Source: Candidatus Latescibacterota bacterium | GTDB lineage: Bacteria > Latescibacterota > UBA2968 > UBA8231 | Length of the DNA: 64,000 nucleotides | Direction of reading: 5' to 3' | Assembly: GCA_965204725.1 (NCBI GenBank) | Contig: OZ242005.1 | Location: 1,088,001-1,152,000, forward strand | Shown: in pieces, positions 39,310-48,935 of the stretch | Position numbering within the stretch: the stretch's first letter is position 1 | Layout of the letters: each line of letters opens with the position of its first letter | Translations under genes and position numbers: made by a program | The notes under the pieces: generated by a model | Database searches by the model: none | The model's input: only the letters and a program-made list of their open reading frames with translations | Told to the model about the DNA's origin: nothing

Positions 39310-40653
39310 CTAAAACGTCGAGGGTTTGGGCGTTGCTGGGGGCCAGTAGCCGTCGGGATCTTCGTCCCACGCTGCGCCGCACATCCGCGAGATAACCGCC
39401 CATTCCGCTGCGGTCAGGTGGGCGTGGTTGTGGAAGAGGAAGCGTTGCAGCCCGGCCGCTTCCGACGCTTGGAGAATGTGGAAGAGGTCGCCGGCGGTCA
39501 TGGGGTCGCCGCCGTGGGGCATGCGCCCGGTATCGACCCAAGGTAGAATTTTTTGCGGGTCGCCGACCGCGGCCATGGCGCGGCGCGTCTCTTCCTGTAC
39601 CACCTCGTTGAAAAACGCCGGTGGAAACCCCAACTCCAAGTCGGCGAGGCACTCCACCTCGGGCAGGCGGACGCCGAGCCAAGCGCGGACGACGGTCCAG
39701 CACTGGGCCTCGCTCAACGCTGGATTCCATTCCCCAATCTGCCGCACCCAACGGGCGATTGTGCCGTATAGGCCGTCGAAGCCGCGATGCCAGAAGTAGT
39801 GCTTGACCAAGAGCAAATCCACGATTTGGCCCCAAGCGCAGAAGTCGAGTGCGGTCATGCCGGAAAACACGGCCGAGCGCGGGCCGTTGCCCAACAGCAG
39901 GGGGCGCGGCAACTCGTTGAGGGCTTGGCGGAAGGCGCGTCCTTGGCGGATGCTGTCTTCGCGTCGCCAGCGCAGCCAATAGAGCGCGTCCTCGTTGATG
40001 TCGAAAAGGTTCATCTCCGAGAGCACGCCGTAGGCGCCGTAGTAATCTACTTCGGCGGGCGTGAAGGACTGGAAGCGCCGGTGCAAGTGCTGGCGGCCCC
40101 GATCGAGCCGCGCCGCGTCGTAGCCTCTGGCCGTTGCCTCTTGGCGCTGGCCGTCGCTGAGCGGGCGGAAAACCGCATTGCCGTGGTGATACGTTAGCTC
40201 GTAGGCCGACTCGGTCCAGCCATCGACAATGCCGCCATCGGCTTCGGGGAACGCCGCGAAGATGTCCTCCCAAGCCGCAGCGCGTAGCTCGGTGCCGTAG
40301 GGATCGTCCGCCAACGGCAATCCCTCGGCGGCAATGGCGCCAGAGGCCGGCGCGAAGATCATCAGGGTCCAGCCGCGATCTTTGGCGTTGGCCAGCATGG
40401 CATGTAGCCGCTTTTCTTTGGCAGGTTGCAGGGGCACATCGCGCCGGTGGGCTTTGAGGCCGCGCTTTTGGTAGGGCGCGAGATCGCCCTTGAACGCGGG
40501 TATGGTGTACTGGCCCTGCTCGTCGGCAAACAGCAGGCGGCCAAAGACTAGGCCGCGGATGCCGCCTTGTTCCCAAGCGTCGAAGATGCACTCGTAGTCG
40601 GACAGGACCGTCTCTAAGGGCTGGCCGATGCGAATCCAAGGGGTCAGAGCCAT
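39310..40653 (-). CDS. Hypothetical protein (possible TIM-barrel)
   Basis: Long ORF with host-like codon usage and RBS GGAGA; no recognised catalytic motif. Confidence 0.7.
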   Translation of the reverse strand: MALTPWIRIGQPLETVLSDYECIFDAWEQGGIRGLVFGRLLFADEQGQYTIPAFKGDLAPYQKRGLKAHRRDVPLQPAKEKRLHAMLANAKDRGWTLMIFAPASGAIAAEGLPLADDPYGTELRAAAWEDIFAAFPEADGGIVDGWTESAYELTYHHGNAVFRPLSDGQRQEATARGYDAARLDRGRQHLHRRFQSFTPAEVDYYGAYGVLSEMNLFDINEDALYWLRWRREDSIRQGRAFRQALNELPRPLLLGNGPRSAVFSGMTALDFCAWGQIVDLLLVKHYFWHRGFDGLYGTIARWVRQIGEWNPALSEAQCWTVVRAWLGVRLPEVECLADLELGFPPAFFNEVVQEETRRAMAAVGDPQKILPWVDTGRMPHGGDPMTAGDLFHILQASEAAGLQRFLFHNHAHLTAAEWAVISRMCGAAWDEDPDGYWPPATPKPSTF

Positions 40654-40819
40654 GGCGTGTTCTCCCGTTGATGGGCAGGGCAATATATCGCGTGGGTGGG
40701 GCGGCGTCCATTTCCTTGCGGCCTTGTAGCTTTTCGGCTACGCTGTTTCCATGCCGGAGGCGGCCTTCGGTAGCCGCAGTCCGCGATCCCGCAGCCATCT
40801 AAACAAGGAGATAAGCATA

Positions 40820-42565
40820 ATGGACCGCGAAGTGATGACCAACGAAGAGAATTACTGTTTTGACGTGGCCGGGTATTTGCACGTGCCGGGGACATTGACG
40901 CGGCCGGAGGTCGAGCGGCTCAATAGGGAGATTGACGCCGTGGGGGCGACCGAGGGCATGCTGGGCTGGCCGGGATCGGCGCGAGAGCCGTTCCGCGACT
41001 TGCTGGTGCATCCGGCGTTGGTGTGGTATCTCAACCAGATCGTCGGCGCGGGGTTTATCCTCGACCGCGAACCAGAAATCTGGTGTGAGGAGACCGGCGA
41101 CCCGGGTGCGCCGCTCGTCGGCGGCAACGAGCCGCGGGATCCCGCCATTGCGTACTACTTCCAGAACGGGCGGCGCTTCAGCGAGGGGGTGCGGGTGCTG
41201 TGGGCACTGGAGGATGTGGAGGAGGGGGATGGCGGCTTTGTGTTGGTGCCGTGTAGTCACAAGGCCCATTTGGCGACGCCAGCGGCCGTGGCGACCGGGG
41301 CCGACGATATGGGGCTGACCTCGCAGCCGGTGCTCAAAGCGGGGGACTTGCTGATCGTGGCGCTGGCGACCGTGCAGGGAATGCGCCCGTGGCAGGGGCC
41401 GGGGCGTCAGCGGCTGTTGAGTTACGAATTCGTGGGGCGCGGCGTGATTCGCAGCGCGGGGACCGGGCCGCAGACCAAGGCGGAGCCGCGCCCGGAGTGG
41501 CATGCCGAGTTGAGTGCGGTCCAGCGGGCCTCGCTCTACAAACCGGGCTACCAAGCCACGTCGCCGCCGCCGACGATTGCGACCGATGGCAAGACGACGC
41601 GGCTGGAGTCCGGGGGCTTCCATCCGTCGCTTTTGCAGGTGGATCCCGACAGCGGCATCGACTACCGGGAGTTTTACTTTTGGGATCTCAACGGCTATCT
41701 GGTCTTGCGCGGGGTGATGGACGAGGAGTGGTTGGCCGCGGCCAACGAGGCCGTGGACCGCTTTGCGGAGCGGATTGAGGTCGGCGAAGAGCTGGCGCGG
41801 GGATCCAAAAGTCTGGCGGGCACCGGGCGGCCCTTGTTGCCCGGACTGCTCGAACTGCCGCAGCCCTATTGCGAACCGTTCCGGCGCATGGTCGCGCATC
41901 CGGCGGTTGAGCACCGGCTGAACTGGATGGGCGGCAGCGGGGGGCGCATGGGCGGGGCGACGGGTTTTGTCTCGGTCCAAGGAACCAGCGGCCACGCACT
42001 ACACGACGCCAACGAGCCGCTCAACCCCGGGCGCGGCTATGTGTATCACAACGGTCGCAGCTATTGCGAGGCGATCACCGTGACTTGGCAGCTCCGGGAT
42101 GTCCGGGCGGGCGACGGGGGGTTTGCCTGCGTGCCGGGCAGCCACAAGGCATACTACAAAATGCCCCCCGGCGTGCGGACCTGCGACCGCGATATGGGGC
42201 TGGTCAAACACGTTGAGATGAAGGCCGGCGACGTGTTGTTCTTCGGCGACGGCGGCACGACCCACGGGGCGTTGGCTTGGCAGAGCGAACTGGCGCGGCG
42301 GGGGATCTTAATCAAGTATTCGTCGCGCAACTTCAACCGCAGCGGCGGGGCGATGGTCCACCCAGAAAACCGCTGGGGCGAATTGGTCGAGGGGATGAGC
42401 GACGCCCAGTTGGCGGTGATGCGCGGCCCAGACCGCGATGTGTTCCACAACAACGTGCCGCGGCTGGAGGTGGCCCATGGCGAGGTGACCGTGTCGTACG
42501 AGCGCGGATCGTCGCTCTACAGCAAGGAAGCACCGACCGGGCCGTTGGCAGCGGACTCGACCTGA
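40820..42565 (+). CDS. Tandem PhyH (phytanoyl-CoA dioxygenase family) domain protein
   Basis: Two FD..GYL...GGF...PGSHK...KAGD repeats; RBS AAGGAG. Confidence 0.85.
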   Translation: MDREVMTNEENYCFDVAGYLHVPGTLTRPEVERLNREIDAVGATEGMLGWPGSAREPFRDLLVHPALVWYLNQIVGAGFILDREPEIWCEETGDPGAPLVGGNEPRDPAIAYYFQNGRRFSEGVRVLWALEDVEEGDGGFVLVPCSHKAHLATPAAVATGADDMGLTSQPVLKAGDLLIVALATVQGMRPWQGPGRQRLLSYEFVGRGVIRSAGTGPQTKAEPRPEWHAELSAVQRASLYKPGYQATSPPPTIATDGKTTRLESGGFHPSLLQVDPDSGIDYREFYFWDLNGYLVLRGVMDEEWLAAANEAVDRFAERIEVGEELARGSKSLAGTGRPLLPGLLELPQPYCEPFRRMVAHPAVEHRLNWMGGSGGRMGGATGFVSVQGTSGHALHDANEPLNPGRGYVYHNGRSYCEAITVTWQLRDVRAGDGGFACVPGSHKAYYKMPPGVRTCDRDMGLVKHVEMKAGDVLFFGDGGTTHGALAWQSELARRGILIKYSSRNFNRSGGAMVHPENRWGELVEGMSDAQLAVMRGPDRDVFHNNVPRLEVAHGEVTVSYERGSSLYSKEAPTGPLAADST

Positions 42566-42577
42566 GCCTCCACGCGC

Positions 42578-43690
42578 CTAGGAGACGACAATTGAGTGAA
42601 TGGTGGTCGCGGCCATGGCCTCCCAGTCCACCGCGAGGCCAAGGCCCGGCCCGGCGGGCGCGTAGGCATAGCCGTCGGGTTGGGCGCGGATGACGTCTTG
42701 CATCCCGTATTCGTAGGGTTCGCAGGGAACCGACTGCTCAAAATAGGAGCAGTTGTCGTAGGCTAGCATCAGGTGCAGGTTGGCGGCCGACACGAGGCTG
42801 TAGCCCCACGACATGATCTCGCATTTCATGCCGGCCGCTTCGGCGAGGGCAATCGCTTTGTTGGCTTGGGTTATCCCGCCCATCATGGCCACATCGGTCC
42901 GGGCGCGTCCCCACGCCTTTGAATGCAGGGCCGCGGCAAAGGAGTGGAGGTCTTGGAACCAGTTGCCGGACGGCAGGATGGGAATGGTCACCCGGCTGGT
43001 CAGATCCCGATAGCCGTCGAGATCCGAGTCGTGCAGCGGCGCTTCAAACCACGTAAAGCCCATCGCTTCGAGTTGTTGGGCGACGCGCAGGGCCCCGTCG
43101 CGGTCGTAGTTGTTTTCCGCGTCGAGCATGAAGGCGATGTCGTGGCCGGGGTACTGCTTGCGGACGGCGCGGGCGAGTTCGAGGTCTAGCTCGGGGATGC
43201 ACCAAGTGTGGAACTTGATGGCCTTGAAGCCTTGGGCGATGAACTCCTCGGCATTCTTGAGATAGGATTCGACATCCGCAAAAAGCGGGGTGCTGGCATA
43301 GGCGGGAATTTTGTCGCGCGCTCCGCCCAACAGCCGGTAGAGCGGCAGCCCCGCGGCCTTGCCGGCCAGATCCCACAGGGCGATGTCGAGGGCCGCCAGC
43401 GCTTGGGGCGGCAGCGGAAAGACGCGCGGCCTGATCTCGTGCCATATACGCTCTCGCAAGAGCGGGTCCTTGCCCAGCAGGATGGGGGCGAGGTGGCGGA
43501 TGGCTTCGGCCGTATAGCGCTCAAAGTCAAAGGAGGTCGCATTCCAGACGCCGGCGACTCCCTCGATGCCCTCGTCCGTATAGAGCCGGACGACCGTGTT
43601 GGTCGAGTACTGGTCCGGCAGATCGTCCGACCAAGTGAAGCGATCGACCGGCGGGGCCACAGTGCGTATTTCGACTTTGGTGATGTGCAT
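42578..43690 (-). CDS. Mandelate racemase/muconate lactonising enzyme family protein
   Basis: DIALWDLAGKAAGLPLYRLLGG, KFH, MLDA, WFEAP, PGLG motifs. Confidence 0.9.
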   Translation of the reverse strand: MHITKVEIRTVAPPVDRFTWSDDLPDQYSTNTVVRLYTDEGIEGVAGVWNATSFDFERYTAEAIRHLAPILLGKDPLLRERIWHEIRPRVFPLPPQALAALDIALWDLAGKAAGLPLYRLLGGARDKIPAYASTPLFADVESYLKNAEEFIAQGFKAIKFHTWCIPELDLELARAVRKQYPGHDIAFMLDAENNYDRDGALRVAQQLEAMGFTWFEAPLHDSDLDGYRDLTSRVTIPILPSGNWFQDLHSFAAALHSKAWGRARTDVAMMGGITQANKAIALAEAAGMKCEIMSWGYSLVSAANLHLMLAYDNCSYFEQSVPCEPYEYGMQDVIRAQPDGYAYAPAGPGLGLAVDWEAMAATTIHSIVVS

Positions 43691-43741
43691 GGGTATCCCA
43701 CCTTTCAGTTACGGAGCGTTTCGATGCCCCCGGCCGATTTT

Positions 43742-43770
43742 ATAATAGCCCTGTTCTATCGCATTGACAA
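43742..43770 (-). promoter_or_regulatory. sigma70 promoter
   Basis: TTGTCA-N17-TATTAT upstream of the enolase-superfamily gene. Confidence 0.55.
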
Positions 43771-43920
43771 TCAGAGGTTTGACGTGCCGACTTGCGCTGG
43801 CTTACAGCAAACAGGGCCTCGACTTCGAGGCCGGGGCGGCCATGGCTCGGTATGAACAAATCGTCGCGGCGGGTGAGGAGTAATTGCAGGTACGCATCGG
43901 AATGGCTATGCTTAGAGCAT

Positions 43921-43997
43921 GGGCGGTTAGCTCAGTTGGTCAGAGCGCCTGCCTTACAAGCAGGATGTCCCCAGTTCGAGTCTGGGATCGCCCACCA
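43921..43997 (+). tRNA. tRNA-Val(TAC)
   Basis: GGGCGGT/ATCGCCC acceptor stem, TAGCTCAGTTGG D arm, CCTGC-CTTACAA-GCAGG anticodon arm, TTCGAG T loop, encoded CCA. Confidence 0.97.
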
Positions 43998-44008
43998 CTT
44001 TACTTTGC

Positions 44009-44035
44009 AAGCCCCTGAGCAATCAGGGGCTTTTT
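44009..44035 (+). terminator. Intrinsic terminator after tRNA-Val
   Basis: AAGCCCCTGA-GCAA-TCAGGGGCTTTTT. Confidence 0.9.
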
Positions 44036-44058
44036 ATTGGTGACAAGGAGGATTACTC

Positions 44059-44625
44059 ATGCGGCGTTTGGTATGCGCGTTGGGGCTGGTGGCCCTGTTT
44101 TGCAATGCCCGGCCGGCCTTTGCTCAGGACGACATTGTGGCCGAAGACGTGGTCGATCGGGAGACTGTGAAGGCGTTTGTCCTGAGAGCGAAGTCGGTAG
44201 TGGAGGGCTTTGGCTCCCTCGCCGAGGCTTTGGGTTCCTTTGAGACGTTCCGCGCCGAAGGCGAGTGGCGCAAAGGGCCGATCTATCTCTACGTGTACGC
44301 CCTCAACGGGAACTGCATCTTTCACGGGGCCGATCAAAGCCTAGAGGGCCAAAACCGGCTCGACATCGAAGACGTCAACGGCGTCAAAATAATCCAAGAG
44401 CTCCTCGCCGCGGCAGCCGCGGGCGGCGGATATGTGGAGTATTTTCGCGACAATCCGGCCGTAGAGGGCGATGAAGCAATGGGCTCGCCCAAGGTGGGGT
44501 ACGCCGCTCCGCTCGACGTTTTTGGGCAAGAGCTGATGATTGGCTCTGGGTTTTACCCGGTGGACGCTGCCTCGACCGCGGTCGAGCGCATTTCTTGGGG
44601 CCAGCTAAAAGGCGCGCTTCAATAG
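44059..44625 (+). CDS. Secreted single Cache-domain protein with C-terminal SWGQLK motif
   Basis: Paralog of 27737-28279; signal peptide; RBS AAGGAGGA. Confidence 0.82.
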   Translation: MRRLVCALGLVALFCNARPAFAQDDIVAEDVVDRETVKAFVLRAKSVVEGFGSLAEALGSFETFRAEGEWRKGPIYLYVYALNGNCIFHGADQSLEGQNRLDIEDVNGVKIIQELLAAAAAGGGYVEYFRDNPAVEGDEAMGSPKVGYAAPLDVFGQELMIGSGFYPVDAASTAVERISWGQLKGALQ

Positions 44626-46583
44626 ACTACGGCGAGGCTCCGTTCCCGCGCCCATTGCCCGTGGTCGGTTTGGGCGCGCACCTGCACGACGTACAGTCCG
44701 GGCGCGACGAGTTGCTCCTTTTCGTCGCGTCCGTTCCACAAGGCTCGATGGCGGCCGCTGCGTTGTGCGCCGAGGGCCTGCCGCCACGCCGAGCGGCCGT
44801 CGAGCGCGTAGATTTCCAGCTCTACCTCGGCGGTCGCTAGCAAGCGGAACAAGGTGTACTCGATCGTCACGTGGTCGTTGATCCCGTCCCCCTGCGGAGT
44901 GAACGCGGTCGGTTGCACCTCCACATTCCCCAATACCCCCGCCAAGGCCCGCCCGCTGGCGACTAGGCGCAGCTGATCCGTGCCCAAGGCGTCGCTGGCG
45001 TCGCCCCCTTCCACTTGCTGCGGCAGGCTCTGCCCAGAGCGTACGAATACTTCGGCTTGCACCGCGCCCGAAGCCGTGTACAGGCTGGTTTCCAAGCGCA
45101 AGCGCAGCGTTTGCGCGCCCCCGTCGCGGATGGGTTCGGGCAGATAGATCGCTAGGCCCTCGGGTTCGGAGACGACGCTGTCGGCCGCCACCGGCTGCAA
45201 GGGGTGGCCCATTTCCACGCCGAGCAGGGCACCTGCGCCGGGCAGGGTCAGGCGCACCGCGTCAAAACCGGCTTGTCCGGCCGCAAACTCGGCTCGCAGG
45301 TCGCAGACCAACTCGATCGTGTGCCCGGCCGGGACCTCGGCAATGTGACCGGTGGGCTGTAGGTCGCCGGCCGCGGCTACCTCGCCCACCACCCGCTCGG
45401 CCAGCAGCGGAGCATACTCCAGCGCCAGCGAATCCAAGCGGGTAAAATCCCACAGCGTTTCGGTCGTCAAGGTCAGGCGCACCTGCCAGTAGCGGCCGCT
45501 CGGAACTCGGGGCCGCTCGCCGGAATGGCGCAGCGGCGGCGACCAAAAGCTCCAGTGATCCGCGTCGTCGATAATGGGGCCGCGCCAGCCGACGGCCGGG
45601 GGATCCCAAGGCCATATCCGCTGCTTGAGCCGTTCGTATTTGCTTTGCGTTACTTCCACGAGTTGGCCGATGTCGTCGTACCCGTGATAGCCGGTGGGCG
45701 TGGGGTCTAGACCGGACTTGATCTCTACTTGCGCGGAGGTGGGCGCGTTGGGCGCGGCCGCGATGTGGTCGCCTTCGCGCCGCCACCGGCTCGCGCCAAA
45801 GCGCACGCGCCCGATGTTCACCTCTTGCCCCAAATCGATTACTTGCGATGTCCAAGTGGCGTGCGGCGGGAAGCCCCGGCCGGACACTGCTAGTTCGGCC
45901 AAGGCGAATTTGGTGTAGTACCGGCCGTTGTCCGGGAAGAAGTAGATGCGCAGAAAGCGCAGGTATTGCAGGGGAAACTCAATCTGGACGACGGCCTCGG
46001 TATTCAGATCGACGCTGGATAGCAGGACGTCCAAGGGCCGGTAGTGGGTGCCCTCTTCCGAGGCGACGCTGGCCGGGTCGAGGCTGCCGGAGAGTTCGTA
46101 TTTGGCAAAGGCGAAGTTGGGGCGATACGGCTCTTGGGTGAACGCGTCGCGGCCCTCGGGTGGGTAGAAAGCAAAGCGATCGACCGGCGCGGGTGCGCCG
46201 AGGTCAATGGTGTAGAATTCGTGGGGGTCGTAGTAGGAATGCGCCGAGAAGAAGGTCGCGAGGTCGCCGTCGACAAAGTCGCGTGGCTCGGCGCGGGGCC
46301 GGAGGTAATTGATCCCGCGCCAGATGCGGGCATCGCCCAAGCGATATGTGGATTCGCCGGGGGAGCGCCAGCGATACCAAGGCCCTAATTGGGGGAGCAA
46401 GTTTTCCCCGGGTTTGAGCGTGCGCGGCTGGAGGACAGACGGGTCGGTCTCGTCGTCCATCATCCGCAGTTGCCCGGTCCACGTCGCCCACGGCACTGCG
46501 CCGCCGAGGCGAAACTCATCGACCGCCCACGAGTGCGCCGACAGACCGCTGAGCATCAAGGCAAGGGCGAACGCATGTCGCAT
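44619..46583 (-). CDS. Secreted protein with discoidin-like region and FlgD-like C-terminal domain
   Basis: Signal peptide, IDLG, WSFWS, FTPQGDGIND...WNGRD...PGLY motifs. Confidence 0.75.
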   Translation of the reverse strand: MRHAFALALMLSGLSAHSWAVDEFRLGGAVPWATWTGQLRMMDDETDPSVLQPRTLKPGENLLPQLGPWYRWRSPGESTYRLGDARIWRGINYLRPRAEPRDFVDGDLATFFSAHSYYDPHEFYTIDLGAPAPVDRFAFYPPEGRDAFTQEPYRPNFAFAKYELSGSLDPASVASEEGTHYRPLDVLLSSVDLNTEAVVQIEFPLQYLRFLRIYFFPDNGRYYTKFALAELAVSGRGFPPHATWTSQVIDLGQEVNIGRVRFGASRWRREGDHIAAAPNAPTSAQVEIKSGLDPTPTGYHGYDDIGQLVEVTQSKYERLKQRIWPWDPPAVGWRGPIIDDADHWSFWSPPLRHSGERPRVPSGRYWQVRLTLTTETLWDFTRLDSLALEYAPLLAERVVGEVAAAGDLQPTGHIAEVPAGHTIELVCDLRAEFAAGQAGFDAVRLTLPGAGALLGVEMGHPLQPVAADSVVSEPEGLAIYLPEPIRDGGAQTLRLRLETSLYTASGAVQAEVFVRSGQSLPQQVEGGDASDALGTDQLRLVASGRALAGVLGNVEVQPTAFTPQGDGINDHVTIEYTLFRLLATAEVELEIYALDGRSAWRQALGAQRSGRHRALWNGRDEKEQLVAPGLYVVQVRAQTDHGQWARERSLAVVY

Positions 46584-46672
46584 GGGGGACCTCTTTACTC
46601 TAGGACTATCATCTTCCGCTCAACCACTATCCGAAGAACGGAGTGCCCGTGTCAATAGGTACTTCGTCGGGG

Positions 46673-47923
46673 TTAGGGAATGCTAGGGGTGCGCGTCGGT
46701 CGTAGCCCGAAGAAGGCTGCCATGATTAGGCCGCTTGCGATCCGCGCCGCGCAGGCCAAGCCGAAGGCGGCCCCGTAGCCATAGTCGAGGATGAGTGTGC
46801 CGCCTAGGAGGCTGCCGAGGAAGTTCAAAAGCTGGAAGCCGCAGACGCGCAGGCCCTGAATCCGCGCCCAGTAGCGCCGGGGTAGCACTTGGGTGGAGAA
46901 GTGCTGGTCGGATGGGTTGTCGATGACTTCGCCGATGCGGACGAGCAGGAACATGGGTACGGCCAACGGCAGGCTGATAAAGGCACCCATAATCCCGAGG
47001 GCGCTGCCGCCCACAGTGCGGGCCGGAAGGATGGTCAGGGTCGGGCCGAAGCGGCGCACTAGCGTTGGCGCGGCAAAGGTCGCGGGCAGGCCGGCGAGTT
47101 GGCTGAGGAAGAAGATCGCGCCGATTGCAACCGGGCCGATGCCCAGCTCGGCCTCGAAGAACACGTTGAAGAATGGATACGTCAGCCCCATGGAGAAGCC
47201 GCGCGTACCGCTCAAGGCGGTAATGGCGGCAAAGACCCGCCACGGGGTGGCCGCCGGCCGGTCCTCGTCCGGTGACCGGCGCGGTGGTGCTCTTTCGCGG
47301 CGGGTTTGGCCGGATGCGTACAACAGCGGCACGACCGCGATGAGCGAGCAAGCCGCGCCGAGAAGCAGGGCGTAGCGGAAGGGCGCGGGGGCCTCGGTGG
47401 AAAGGCCGAGGAAGTAGCCCATGACCCCGGGCATGAAGCCGCCGATTAGGCTCAAGAGCATGCGGACGATGATTTGCAGGGCCGACCATATAGCGAGGGC
47501 TTCGGCGCGTCGGGCCGGATGGGCGTTGTCCGAGAGGAAGGGGACGTGGTTGACCCAGACGAAGGCCATGGCCACGCCGCCGACAAACGAGAACGCCAGC
47601 AGGGACCCCGGCGACGTGGTCCAGCACAGGCCCACCTGAGAAACAGCCAGCAGCAGACCCGAGGCAATGAGGAAGGGCCGGCGGCCGAGGCGGTCGCTGA
47701 GGATGCCGGTGGGCAGCGCGAGCAGGCCGGTCGCCAGCGGTGCCATGCTGGCGACTTGGCCGATGAAGTCCTCTTGGTAGCTCAGGCGCAGTAGATAGAG
47801 GTTGTACAGCAGGGAGAAGAGCGCCATGCCGGCGTTGATCGAAGTGCCAAAAGCGAAAAACAGCCGGACATTGCGGTTGAATTCCCGCAGCCGAAAGCGG
47901 CTTAGGGCAGTGCCGATGGGCAT
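46673..47923 (-). CDS. MFS transporter
   Basis: GILSDRLGRR motif; about 12 TM helices. Confidence 0.9.
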   Translation of the reverse strand: MPIGTALSRFRLREFNRNVRLFFAFGTSINAGMALFSLLYNLYLLRLSYQEDFIGQVASMAPLATGLLALPTGILSDRLGRRPFLIASGLLLAVSQVGLCWTTSPGSLLAFSFVGGVAMAFVWVNHVPFLSDNAHPARRAEALAIWSALQIIVRMLLSLIGGFMPGVMGYFLGLSTEAPAPFRYALLLGAACSLIAVVPLLYASGQTRRERAPPRRSPDEDRPAATPWRVFAAITALSGTRGFSMGLTYPFFNVFFEAELGIGPVAIGAIFFLSQLAGLPATFAAPTLVRRFGPTLTILPARTVGGSALGIMGAFISLPLAVPMFLLVRIGEVIDNPSDQHFSTQVLPRRYWARIQGLRVCGFQLLNFLGSLLGGTLILDYGYGAAFGLACAARIASGLIMAAFFGLRPTRTPSIP

Positions 47924-48930
47924 CCGGCGTGGCGTTTCTCAAAGACCTCGACGGCTTTTTGCACGGCTATCTTTGCGGTTTGGACTCGCTCGGCAAAGGG
48001 CCGCTCCATGCCGGTCTCAATGGTGAAGGCCAAGCCGTAGGTGTGCGCGGCAAAGTCGGCGAGGTTGAGGCCCTCGCCGCGTTGCTGGGGATTGAGCCAG
48101 AAGACGCTGCGCGGCCCTTTGGTAAAAAAGGCCCCGGGCAAATAATCGCTCGGAGCGAGGGCCGCGCCCGAGGCCGCAACCGCCGAGATCATCTCGCCGG
48201 CGAGGGCCTCCTCCCACTGCTGGTCGCTAAGAGTGCGCTGGTGTCGCGCCGAAAACCAGAAGAAGTCGCCTTGGTGCTCGTGGAGGTCCAGCGTCAGGCC
48301 GGGCCTTATGGCGGCCATGAGATCGCGGGTGCAACGCGGCTCGATGGGTGCCCAAGGGGTGTCGTGGAAGCGATTGAGGTGGAGGACTTGGCCGGCCGGG
48401 TCAATCACCAGCGTGTACGCGCGTTCGACGCCGGGATTGCGGGTGGAGAAATAGAGCCGACGGCCCTTGAGGGCTTCGATCCAGTCGCCGACCGGATGGT
48501 TGTACAAATTGCGCGTTGCGTAGCCGGCCTCGCCGATGAGGGCGACCACGGTATCGCCTTCGTCCAAGAGGACTTGGCCGCACTCTTTGAGCAAGGGGGC
48601 TACGTCGTCGAGGCCGCTGAGATCGGGGACGGTCGCTAGGCTCATACCGAGCGCGTAGGCCAGTCCATTCAGGCCGATGGGGTCGCGGGTGGGAATGGTG
48701 TAGAGCGAGTGCTCGGTCTCGATCTCGTTGATGAGGGCGCAGGCCGCGCTGACGCCCGCCTGTTCGGTGGCGTGGCTGCCGGCGCTGATGAAAATGGCCG
48801 GTGCCTTGTTGCCGCCGCTTTTGACCGCGACGATGGGTTGTCCGTCGATTGTGTAGCCGATGGTCTGCGGGGTGTGACCGGCGTCCCGTATGTAGGCGAT
48901 CAGCTCGGGGTAGTGGTTGAATGGCTGCAT
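47902..48930 (-). CDS. M14 zinc carboxypeptidase/deacylase-like protein
   Basis: GSHATE (HxxE), LNR, DLHE, TIET motifs. Confidence 0.75.
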   Translation of the reverse strand: MQPFNHYPELIAYIRDAGHTPQTIGYTIDGQPIVAVKSGGNKAPAIFISAGSHATEQAGVSAACALINEIETEHSLYTIPTRDPIGLNGLAYALGMSLATVPDLSGLDDVAPLLKECGQVLLDEGDTVVALIGEAGYATRNLYNHPVGDWIEALKGRRLYFSTRNPGVERAYTLVIDPAGQVLHLNRFHDTPWAPIEPRCTRDLMAAIRPGLTLDLHEHQGDFFWFSARHQRTLSDQQWEEALAGEMISAVAASGAALAPSDYLPGAFFTKGPRSVFWLNPQQRGEGLNLADFAAHTYGLAFTIETGMERPFAERVQTAKIAVQKAVEVFEKRHAGCPSALP

Positions 48931-48935
48931 GGCGT

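Noticed and set aside
39290-40798. Long alternative-frame and antisense ORFs (e.g. 502 aa here, 12784-13800, 17965-19032, 46683-47942)
   Set aside because: R/P/G/A-rich shadow ORFs overlapping well-supported genes, as expected in high-GC DNA.
43921-43997. tRNA-Val as an integration site
   Set aside because: No duplicate of its 3' end and no integrase found in the window.
44009-44035. Stem AAGCCCCTG/CAGGGGCTT shared by the tRNA and tyrS terminators, and similar to the DUF3800 RNA stem
   Set aside because: Short stems typical of terminators; no flanking homology indicating a mobile repeat.
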